Notes under the pieces: model-generated
Databases searched by the model: none
The model's input: only the letters and a program-made list of their open reading frames with translations
What the model was told of the DNA's origin: nothing
Program-made: the position numbers and the translations under genes
Assembly: GCA_040954595.2 (NCBI GenBank)
Contig: CM082578.2
Location: 8,231,519-8,295,518 of the forward strand
Length of the DNA: 64,000 nt
DNA from: Balanoglossus misakiensis
Taxonomy: Eukaryota; Animalia; Hemichordata
Direction of reading: 5' to 3'
In this document: one piece after another, positions 53,289-64,000 of the stretch
Numbering within the stretch: position 1 is the stretch's first letter
How the letters are laid out: each line of letters starts with the position of its first letter

Positions 53289-53445
53289 CTAGCTGCAATG
53301 ATTGTAGACTACAATGATTGTAGCGGGTGCTGCTAGGTTGAGTGCCTGTGGTGTGTTCGCGAACACACTAGTCAACCCAGTAGCACCCGCTACAATCATT
53401 GCAGCTGGGGGCGCCCAAGTTCTAGCTACAATCGTTGCAGCTACC
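53289..53445. mobile_element. Palindromic MITE-like dispersed repeat (copy B)
   Basis: ctagctgcaatgattgtag..cgggtgctgct...agtagcacccgctacaatcattgcagct; same family as 28065-28149. Confidence 0.65.
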
Positions 53446-54042
53446 CATGTTCAAAATAACCAGGCTGGGGTTCCCCGGGCCTGAGCATATTAATTAAAGA
53501 AGGTGGCCACCACTTTGCAAAACAATAGAACTTCATTAACACATTGTATTTGTTATGTAGATTTGCTGCTATTTTTGGCAAACAATAGAATTTCATTAAC
53601 ACAGCAGTTGTGTATATTAGCTACTGGGCACTATGCAATCAGAAATTCCTGGAGAGAATACTGATGGCAGCTACAATAATTGCAACACATGGGTGATAAT
53701 TTCTGTTGCTTGTCACTTGTGTATTCAGCTGTCATGGCAACAGCAACAATAACAAATCCAGAAGTTTCCATGTCATATCTGCTGTCATCACATAGGCCTG
53801 TCTGGGCTACAGAAAAAAATCTCATTAAAATTTCATAAAGCACATGAAATAATGTATCATTCCTGAAAATGCCACGCTGGAAAATATTACCATTGTACTG
53901 ATTTTAACTGAGAAATCAAAGGTAGATATACTGAAAGTGGTATAAAATGAAATACATATTATACATATTGTAGAGGTTTGCCAAATTTACTACATGTTAG
54001 CAGTGAGTTTGTCTATTAAACGAATTTGTTGATTTTTCAGCC

Positions 54043-57000
54043 ATGGATCACAAATCAGGATCAGTGATGGCATTTTGTGCAGGGGCAGCAGTTGGAGTGC
54101 TGGTGCTGGTGTCTGCGTCTCAAATCCAGTGGTGTTGGTATCAGTGGAGGAGAAAGAAGGCGGCATTGCAAGAAGCAAACAGGTTGACTGAAAGTATCCA
54201 AGGTACAAAACAACAAGAAAACAATACTGCTGTGTCAGTTCTTTGAGTGATGAATGTCTGATATCGTGGATAACGCTTCAGTGTTCTCTCCTGAGCAGTT
54301 TATATACCAGTGGCCCCTATCCTTTAATTTTTGGAAAAACAATAGAAGCTCATTAACATGATAATATCTATTATTATTATGTAAATGAGTCGCTATGGGG
54401 AGAACACTGCACTTAAGAAAGTTGCTGTTATAGAAGTTGCAGTTTTGTACTCTTAAAGATGGAGACGCTGCTTGTTTTCATGAATATATATGACTGGAGA
54501 GCAAACACAGTGCTAAAAAAACGAGACCATTATATTTCTTCAACAGCACTGGTTGAATCAGAAAGAAGGGAGAATGCACGAGAGAACGTAATGAATGAAA
54601 GCGCTCTTCTGAACACGGCGGCAGAGATGCAGCATTCCATAATGGTGACACAGAACAGATCGTTTCACAACGATGAACACCTCGAAGACCCTCTGGACCC
54701 ACTGGAACACCAAAGCGCGAAGGACAGTCAGAGTCTGTTGAATTTACTCTTTAATATCGCCGAGGTGCAGGGAAGGAGAGGTGAGCATGTTCTCACAGTT
54801 GTACATAGCGTTTTGGAATATCTGGCAGGAGATGAATAGACTAAGAGGATGAACTGCAACGGTGAATCATAAATGTATAGCAGCTGGATGACAGAACACA
54901 CTTTAGGTACAGATTTTCAGTAGCATCCCTACTTGTATATTGTTGCACACTTCTGTTCCTTGAGGTTCTGTCCTGTTCATTTTCAGAAGGCTACGTCCAC
55001 AGAGGCATCTCCTGCAATGTTTGTAATGCCAGTCCACTGTGTGGAGTCAGATACAGGGTGAGACAACAAAGTTTTTTTTTTTACTTTTGCGTGATCTCTT
55101 CCATCCATTTGTCATATTCTTACTCTCCCCCTTCTGATTTCTGTCTGTCTATTTTTCCATCCATCCATCCAGATCTGTCCATCCATCCATCCATCCATCC
55201 ATCCAACAAACCACCCACCCACCCTTGGCTCAATCCGTCAACTCCATCCATAAATCAATGCAAATCATCCATCTACCTCTACGTACCTGCCTACCCACTG
55301 AGTGGACTCTGATGTTATCAGAATGAATGATGGAATATGTCAAATATTTCATGCTGACCTATATTTACAAAAAGTACAATGTACTACAAAAGTCTCAGCG
55401 GTATTTTTATTCACCATACTTTTTGTATGCAGTGCGCAAACTGTGTTGACTATGATATATGCGAAAGATGTGAGGCCCGTGACTGCCACAACAGGAATCA
55501 TTTATTCATCAAGATAAAGGTACCTGTCCCGCCCTTAGCCAATCCAAGGCAGCCTCTCTTTAAACAAGTCTACTCAGGTGAGTCATTCTGTGTCACAGAT
55601 GTGACTGCTTGAATTTTTTGAACTGTCAGGGTTTGTGTCAATGACTGGGTCTTGCTGTCATGTGTCGTATCATTAAGACAATTGTTCTGAAAGTACAGGA
55701 GCTGATAAGGCTGTCTGGGTTAACAGTACTTTATGAAAAAAGTCCGCAAATTAGGTTATCTATGGACATGTAGAACAGAACACCAAATCAACTCGCAAGC
55801 CTCCATCACTGTTTGAAATTAGCTTCAACCGTGACTGTATGTGACTTTGTCGAACATGTAAACTGAGAAGAGAAATGCAAATTGAATAAGCAGAGAAATT
55901 TCATAATAAAATTGAAGGAGTTAAAAAATGACAGCTTTTCCCAAGAAAAAAAAGGAAAACACCAAGGGAATGGAACAATTTTATTGTGTAGTTATCATAA
56001 TGTTTGGTGTCATTCAGTTTGAAAGTTTGCATCAAACCAAAGAAATAATTATTGGGTATCAATTTTACTTTGTAAGGAAATTCACTTCAAGTAAAGTAAG
56101 TGTGTTTTGTGTAATACAGGTAAAGAAGAAATGGTGACGAAATTAACATGGCAACAGATCGCAAAGCTGAAATCACAAACATACTGTAAGTGTGACTGTC
56201 AAAGAACATGTGGGATTCTATGAGTGACAAAACATTTGTGAATACTGGGACTACATGTAGTTGTAACAGTGCATGCATGTTGTGGTTGCTCAGTGTTATA
56301 TGTCCACTGATCTGCGCAGTGGCTTGGGTCAATTTTGACTTCCCTCCAACGTTAACAAAGTAATCTGAATGATCTGAATGGCCTGCTAATGTAAGACTAA
56401 CCCCAGGTCAAAGTTCATGTGAAATTCAAACAGAATAAAAGGTGGCACTATCGAGTAACCAAGCAATTCGTGCCAGACTTCATTGTATGATATCTTGTTT
56501 CAATAATCTACGTGTAAATGACACATTATGCATATATTCCTGGCTGTAGCGGTTGCTGACTCGTGATAACCTTTGTGGTTCAAATCTAACATTGAAAAAA
56601 AGGCTACAACCACAAGCTCTGGAAATTATCCCACTAAACAGTGCAGTATGTTTGGCTCTTTTAACATTCAACTCGTACGTTGACTTGGATAGGTGGTCAG
56701 CGTAGAAATGTACCTGTTTAGACAGGATCCTTAGTACTGAAGAATTTCCCTTGACCAGTATTTTTCAGTTTTTAAGAGATTGTATGTTGATTTATCATAT
56801 CAGGTGCTGCAGTAAAATTTGTTAAATTATTGTTTGATATCAATTGCAGAAAGTAATTCTTTCCAGGTGACTGTAAGTGCAGAATAGGTTCTCATCTTAT
56901 GCATCTGATAGATCCTCTTTTCTGTTTTCTGTACAGTTGATCAATTTGAAATTGAATCGTTACACGAGCAATACAAATCCCTGTGTACATCAGAGAATGG

Positions 57001-58479
57001 AATCAGTCGAGAAGTGTATGACACGTGTCTGGGTCCACTTGGCCAGGAGAAGAACTTAGTCTTAGATAGACTGTTTAAGGTAAATCAACCGTTCATCTTG
57101 TGTGTTAGTGAGTTATATGATGGTGAGCACACTCAAAATGAACATTTTAAGTTTGTTTTTACTTTCCTTTATTTTACATTGTAAGGAAGGAAAGAGAATT
57201 CCTGTGGATGTAGATCAGATGAGGATTTCATTTACAATGAATTCTGTTGATATAAAAGTCAGTTTCGTAATATTTTGAAATGATTACTTACCTTTGCTTT
57301 CTCATTTCATCATTGTATCACAAGAATGAATAATAATTGTCACACGGTCTTGTCTGACATTTGTAGTATCAAAACTGATTTCGTGCAAATGTCCAGTCGC
57401 AGAATTTGCAGTTTCTTGTCATGGATGGATGTGTATGTCAAAACTGACATTATGTTGACCCACTTTTCCAGTTTTATGACAAAAATGAAGATGGTTACAT
57501 TGACTTCGAGGAGATGGTACATGGACTGTCTGTCCTGGTCAAAGGAAACCACAAGGAAAAAGTGGAGTGTAAGTATACTGCCCTCTTTAGTTAAGTTTGA
57601 AATGGTCTTTTGTTTAGTCCTGGTGTGGTGCTATACAAAGCAAAGGGACTATTAAAGTGCATTGTGTCTGTCTGTCAGTTTCTTTAACCTTCGCATAAGG
57701 AATGTAACAATAAATGTGTTTTGATTGTAGATGCCTTTGCAGGATATGACTTGGATAGTGTTGGTGGTATAAGCAGAGATAATCTCCAGAAGATGTTTAA
57801 AGCTTATTTCTATATTTCCATTGAGCTGGTGAGAGATGTTGTCAAGGCTTGTGAGGAAGAAATGGTGAGTTTTGGTAGCGAGTGATTTTTTTTCTCTGTA
57901 GTTGTGCACGTGTGTGTGAGATTGGAGAGAAATAGAAAGAGCAAGAGAGAGAGAGAAGTTACTGGTCCCTGCATTTTCAGATCCATCATACCAAATGACA
58001 GAAAGATTGTGAGAACTATTATCAGCGCCACCAATAGAAGATAATGCTCATTTACTTTGTTTTTCTCTCTCAGATGTCCAATTTTGATGACAGCCAAGGC
58101 AAGCCAGTATCTTCTCTCTTTAGTGCACCAATCCCATCAGATACCGGAGCAGTGGCACCCAATATCAAAACGCCCTTCCCTGGAAATCCTGGTGGCAGGT
58201 ATGTGATCAAAGGAGAGATATCCAACTCTACATACTACATACCTATAGTTTCCACTTTGTACTTTGACTTTGGTACTTAATCAGTCTGGCTGTGCTATGA
58301 AAGAAAAAAAAAGATGAGATTTCACCTATGTGTATTTTAAATCATATTTGTGAAATTTCAATTTCTCGTCTTCCGTCCAGAGAAGGAATGTGGCCTGTAA
58401 TGGAAGCCATGTCACAAGATGCTATAGATGAGATGGTTGTTAATATCTTCAAAATGGCTGATGTAGACATAGATGAAAG
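54043..58479 (+). CDS. N-terminally membrane-anchored ZZ-type zinc finger / EF-hand (NCS-like) protein, 3' incomplete
   Basis: Exons 54043-54202, 54547-54780, 54987-55057, 55433-55577, 56120-56185, 56937-57079, 57472-57568, 57731-57864, 58074-58198, 58381-58479. TM segment [14 protein letters not shown] followed by WRRKK; ZZ finger [31 protein letters not shown]; EF-hands [12 protein letters not shown] and [12 protein letters not shown]. No terminal exon was recognised in the window. Confidence 0.88.
55155..55206. repeat. (CCAT)n microsatellite
   Basis: Direct inspection. Confidence 0.85.
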
Positions 58480-58739
58480 GTAGGGCAAACTCTTTTAAAA
58501 GATTCTGTGAATGTCTTTGTCTGTGTTAATGCACACTTTTGTATGTTTTATATAAGTTCTAATACTGTAAAACGGGGTTATTTTCGCGAGCAATAAATTT
58601 TTGTGAAATTTGTGAGAGCCAAAAAACGTAAAAATAAAAGTCGCATAAGATGTTTTTCGGAGATAATGATGCAGTAAGTAAAATATGAGAACGCAAAAAT
58701 TAATCCTTGCGTCTAATGTCTACTTAGGATAGGATGACT

Positions 58740-58820
58740 GAAACAGGTGCAAACCCCCTGTACAAAGCCAGTCCCCCAGAGCAATGAGAAGTGCCTTGCT
58801 CAAGGACTCAACATCGCAGC
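58740..58820 (-). mobile_element. SINE fragment (conserved central-domain-like)
   Basis: The minus strand reads GTTGAGTCCTTGAGCAAGGCACTT..CATTGCTC, resembling the conserved central motif of tRNA-derived SINE superfamilies (recalled consensus). Confidence 0.55.
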
Positions 58821-59457
58821 TCCCTCACATTCACAGCATTGAACTGCTGATGTGTTGAATCTGTATGTTCCTAATATCTGTAGAATCCAAATGCACGTCC
58901 GCTGCATTGAATCTTCAACTGGCATTTTCTAGTTCGAAGTTCATGTTTCATCTAGGCGCAATTCCGGGAAGAGATAGATGAAGGACACACTCGGTCGCCC
59001 AGGGAAGGTTTACTTACCTGGAGAGTGCACCTTTTGCCTTCAATCGAATTACAGCACGGCAAATTGAGTTATATTTCGTCTGCCCTGAGTGCCGGCACTT
59101 AGCCAGCCCGGTGTAATTCCAGGCAATAAACAGAGGAGATCTGTTCTATCAGCGTCTTTAAAAATCAATTGCGTATTCCCGCTCATGGGGCCGAACCAAT
59201 TAACCCACATCCCATTGGTTGTCGTGGCAACTTGTTGCCCCGAATTCAACTTTGTGGCTTTGTGTGATTCTCACTGATGCTCTTACAGCTGAGGTGAGAA
59301 GAATAAAGTCTGTTTATTCAAGCATAAGTGGACATGTAATTGTGTTTTGACAGCGGCAGTTTTGCTCAAGGGGAGCTGAACTGGTACTTATAAAGCAGTC
59401 GCCCTTATCATCCAAGTTCCCCCACAAAGGCACTGTCGTCAGTGAAAGCCCCCCAAC

Positions 59458-59545
59458 TTAACCCTTTCACCCCCAATTCACTTTATAGAGGTCCAGGTTT
59501 ACAATAGAAAACAATGGATTTGGACCAAACCTTTGGTGGTGTAAT
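59458..59545 (+). mobile_element. Short MITE-like dispersed repeat (same family as 34400-34502)
   Basis: ttaaccctttcacccccaa...agaggtcca...tagaaaacaatgg...ttggac...ggtggtg. Confidence 0.6.
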
Positions 59546-60011
59546 GGATAAAAACCATGCCACCCCCCAAACTTCGATACAACCCTACCACCTGGATAAT
59601 GAGTGTTACTTCAGTCTGGTAGTTCAAAAGACAAGAAGGACATCTGATAAAGTCTTTCTTTGTAACATCAGTCCTCAACAAGTTTTGCTATTCCTAGCAC
59701 TCACAATGAGGAATGTTGAGACTGAAATAAGAAACACAGTCCATACAACTAAAATGTGATAAAAGACATTGGCGCAGAAAAAAACATACATACATGTATT
59801 ACATACATTCACTCACCCACGCTCACACTCATAATTTGTTATGGTAGCTGGAAATGCTTGATGATGTGATTATTGTTATCTCTGTAATCTGACCTCTAGG
59901 GTATGAAATATTATCATCCTCCTTCCATGCATACTAAATAATAATAACTGTCATCATAATAAATATTTTAACTTGTAAAACATTCAGCTAACATGAACAC
60001 CCAGTAGAGCC

Positions 60012-60055
60012 ATGTTGTCATTCAACCTCAAATATGTTGTCATTCAACCTCAAAT
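60012..60055. repeat. 22-bp exact tandem duplication
   Basis: atgttgtcattcaacctcaaat x2. Confidence 0.85.
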
Positions 60056-63000
60056 AATCCATTTTTTTCATTCATAGCACGTGAAAGGCTTAATTCAATT
60101 TATGTGATAATATTTAATACATGACACTGACAGAAAAGAACAATAACAGACAGTTTCTCTGCATTTGTCATTCAATGTGGCTCTTGTCAAATTCTATTTC
60201 TTTGATGCACCGCTGTCGTTTGATAAAAATCATGAAATATTTCTCACAGAATAAGTTATCTGATTTCTCTACTGATCTCAAAGAAGAAGCTCGTTTGCTG
60301 TATTAGGCTTACGTGCCAAATCCCACAATCCAGGGTTACCCTATAAATCATAATGGCGCAGAAATGGGTCACAGATATGATTTTTTTTACATATAGAGTG
60401 GTGAATTTTTCAATTTGGTATGCATTAAAGGTTTCATTTTTTTTACTCAAATATTTTTTATCTGATGGGTAATTCTGTCAAACCCTGGGGGAAGGATAAG
60501 AAGTGTGATTCATGGTTTGATATTGAGACATCAAAAACAGATGACGTTGCAGCCAATAGATTTGATAAGGACATCAGACTGTCCTCAACAGTGCCTAAGA
60601 AAATCCCCATACACAAGCGTTAGTTTCAGATTCAGTTCGTGCCCAAGGCTTTATCTAAGTAAAAACATTTTGCAATACCAGAGGTATGCTCATTTTATAG
60701 CTTCACGTAAAGCGCCCAACAGGCTAGTGTTTTCTTGAATCAGTGGCTAGTATGTACTGCAAATGGAGACGACAATATGCTTTAAAATCTTTTATGATAA
60801 CTGCACCGTTCCATAGCTTCATGTTTGTACAGCGGTGATCATTTCAAGTATTTTATTCGCCGTGGTTCTTAATATTTACAAAACGGCAAAAAAGTCTGAC
60901 TTTAAGTAAGTCCAGAGTTTAACATCCATCATCTAGTCATGCTTCCCGCACTCAGAATCTGTAATTGCATTTCAGAGACTAAAATGAGATAAAATGTCTC
61001 AGTAAACACACGTCTTATCTCAGTTTACACTGTATAGTGGCAGTTTGGTCTCTCGTTCTCCCGACCTCTGAAACATTGGATGAAAAATGTTTGCAAAAGA
61101 CACGGATGCCGTGCGCATGTATACACTTTTGAAAGGGTTTAAATATAGAATGCATTAAAAGGGTTTATAACCGTAATAATGATTTGAGGTACATGTTTTC
61201 GTCCGTTTCAGCAGGTGTGTTTACTGAACACCTCCATTAAAATTCACGATACTGTTTTTTATTCTTTCTCAGACTTTATGATTGTGATACTGATAGTTCA
61301 GAAATTGTTACTTAAGCAGTGAAATTTTCAGTTTATAGTTCATTGACTGCCAAGAACAGAATCGGCATTTGCTTCATAACGGAAACCATCATACTTTTTA
61401 TATTGATGGAGAAATCATTGCATCAGCTCAGGCTTACAAGTATCTGCTAGTATTTGAAGAACCTCTAAAAACTAGACTCCTCTGAAAACTAGCAGTTTTC
61501 TCACCCCTTTGATGTGATGTTTTAATTCGCTTCATATACATGTACATCACAACATAAAAGTGTAAGACCCAAACTATCAGTTCTAATCATTAAACAGAGA
61601 ACTCGATACCTTCTAATGAAACTTGACTTTTTCAATCAATTCAGCAATTGCATGGGAGAGAGATGACAGCGCTTCCTTCAATGCTTTGTCCGATTCACAA
61701 TCGATAACTATAGTCAAGTTTGTTAATTTTCCATTCAAACGTCAGTGCCTTGATTGAACTGTGTGTGAAAAGAATGCCGTGCCACTGTGAGCCGTCATTG
61801 AAATCCGCCTTCTTGAACATTTGTGTGAAAATCAAACAAACGTTCACTCTCAGTGTGTTCGTAATATGTGCAGTTTCTTTGAATTATTTGCAGTGGTGTG
61901 TATGTGTTTGTGTTTGTTGAAATTCTCTGGAGAAATCAGCAGACGCTATCAAGACAAAGGCTCTCCGTGTGTGTGAGCCTTTCATTTTTTTTAAATTTGT
62001 CCTGAACAAATGACATGAAATATTGAGATTCATTTGTGTCGCGAATCTTCTCTGTCGCAGTATCTAATATGTAAACTGTGATGATTTTCATGTTTTGTAT
62101 TGAAATGGGCCTCTCATAATTACTACATCTTGAGGAAATTGCCCAATATTGCTCATCATTTACAGGAAAGGTCGCACTGTACCACATTTCTGTATTGGTA
62201 TTCATCATCCATTTTAGAGATGAAGAAAACGTATTTTTTTTCTGTGAATACCCTTAGCTTAGGATAATAATTTGGATCAGCCGTTCATGGCAGCAGCACT
62301 CCTACGTGTATACATGAATATGCATGTATTTCTCCTGGCAGGGTGTTCAACTTATGGGCCTGACAAACGCAACACTACTTCCTCAATGATCTGTGAAATT
62401 CCTTTCAATACTCAGAGAATTTTTCCTCAATTTCATCTCAGCGTATAAGCAGCTGTTATTATGAATAACATATATGCTATAGAGAACTTCAATCTTAAAA
62501 ACCGCATCATTTTTTTGGTTGTAATCTTACACAAGACTGGAGTGATATCTGTCAGTCTGATTAATAGCTGCAATTATCGGTGGAATGAAATGATGAAACC
62601 TTTTGGTAAATGCAGAAATTACATTTGATGAGAAATGTTGCATATTTTGAACCTCGGCCAGTGCATTAGATGTCTGGGCTCTATATAATAACTCTCTTTC
62701 AATTTTATATGATCATCATAATTAAAATTCTTTATATTGAACTACAGAAAGGCGAAAGGTTCTTTGAATGGGGTCAAAGGTCACCTGATATCCCAGTTCC
62801 TTGGGTTTTAGTGTTGATTGAACCGGATAAGCAAGGGTGCAGTTTGGGCCATTTATAAAGTAATGAATAATTCATAATAATATCCTGAAAGAGTATTAAT
62901 GCCGCAGTTGTTGTGGAATGATAATTGGTGACTAAGTATCGCTGTCTCAGATCTGACATTTATGAGAATGATAAGAAGAACCCACCCAGAATAAGAGATC

Positions 63001-64000
63001 TCAATCGTTCGCTGTATATACATGTATGTGTTTGTATGAGGCCATACCAAATTAATCTGTTGTTGCGCAGGAGGTGACAGCTTGTTTTCCAAGTGGAATT
63101 GTCCTTGTGTGGGCGAGTTGTGTTTAATTCAAATGTAACAAATGATACCTATTAAAATGATGCGTCGGTCATCACACCCCGTTCCAGAAAAAAATAACTT
63201 GAAAATTGTAAGATGGGCCATATTTTGCGTCATAAACCAAATTTTTTTCAAAATGCCATAAAAATGTTAAGAGCTAAATACACATTCTAAAATTTCTCCA
63301 GAAGCAAAGAAAGTAGAGTATGTCAGCATCAATAAATGATTTGATTGAGTGAACCAAGGTATGCACTGTTGTGTCACGAATATGATTGATTCAGAATGAG
63401 GTCAAGGCTGACTTCAATGGAGGGAAAATTTGAGCCAGGGCATACGACAACAAGACTTTGCTAGCTTTATGTATAATTAATGAAGAAGAACAAATACCCA
63501 GTACTCCTATGTTTTCACGTACTTCCCAGTAAGATCCGATTATTAATACATTATATGTATTATGTAAGCAATGAACCATGTTTGTACATTGAGATGACAT
63601 GTATACTCACAACATAGGCCAGTCTTGGTATTCTCCACACTGTTCCCATGGTAACATTACCTCCAGCACATTTTACAGTATTTTTATGTAAGCCATCACG
63701 TTTGGGTTGGTTATGCCCTATATTTATGTTGAACCAAAGAAATATGTCTGTTAATGTTCTCCACAGTGATGTTTATCCTTTGGGTCCCAAATAAGCTCAC
63801 AAACTAAAGTCCCAAATGAAAATTACCATAAAAAGAGGGAAAAAATTGTAAAAATTAAACATTGCAAATGAAGTGAGGATGTAAATTTGTCAGGGAAAAT
63901 AAGGACCTTGATTGATGACAGAATGCTAATTAAAATCAACAATAAATCAAACATGCAAACACAATAGATAACATAACACAAGAATACAACGAATACAACG

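Noticed and set aside
59010-59022. TACTTACCTGG resembling the 5' end of U1 snRNA
   Set aside because: The downstream sequence lacks the U1 stem-loops and Sm site; it is simply the reverse complement of a consensus splice donor.
62771-62783. Perfect DR1 GGGTCAAAGGTCA
   Set aside because: It is not near any identified promoter, and such motifs recur in the window, so no function can be assigned.
58480-64000. Terminal exon(s) of the ZZ-EF-hand gene
   Set aside because: No phase-2 acceptor followed by a plausible EF-hand completion was found by eye; it probably lies beyond the window.
1-64000. CRISPR arrays, rRNA/tRNA genes, autonomous transposase or reverse-transcriptase ORFs, prokaryotic operons
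   Set aside because: None were seen; the window is intron-rich eukaryotic DNA and its tandem repeats lack spacer structure.

Overview
This is AT-rich eukaryotic genomic DNA with spliced genes. Gene content and an IRE-bearing ALAS suggest an invertebrate deuterostome such as a hemichordate or echinoderm (inference only). All gene models were assembled by hand from GT-AG junctions and reading-frame phase. In order: (1) 5-aminolevulinate synthase ALAS (- strand, runs off the left edge) with a cap-proximal iron-responsive element. (2) Three intact tandem phytanoyl-CoA 2-hydroxylase (PHYH) paralogues (+), the first head-to-head with ALAS; each has a PTS2 signal and a U12-type first intron, and copies 2 and 3 show patchy homogenisation. 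(3) An intact 7-exon, ~600-aa gene (+) containing a tandemly duplicated anoctamin/TMEM16-like TM3-TM5(6) module. (4) PTPDC1 (+), with duplicated mutually exclusive exons over the WxD acid loop, two candidate microexons and several RFX X-boxes. (5) A 226-aa orphan-looking gene (-), possibly an ABM-like dimeric alpha+beta barrel. (6) NDUFA5 (-). (7) Head-to-head with it, a TM-ZZ zinc finger-EF-hand gene (+) whose last exon was not found. MITE-like repeats, a SINE fragment and microsatellites are also present. The most unusual items are the mini-anoctamin gene, the PTPDC1 mutually exclusive exons, the PHYH triplet and the orphan barrel-like gene.
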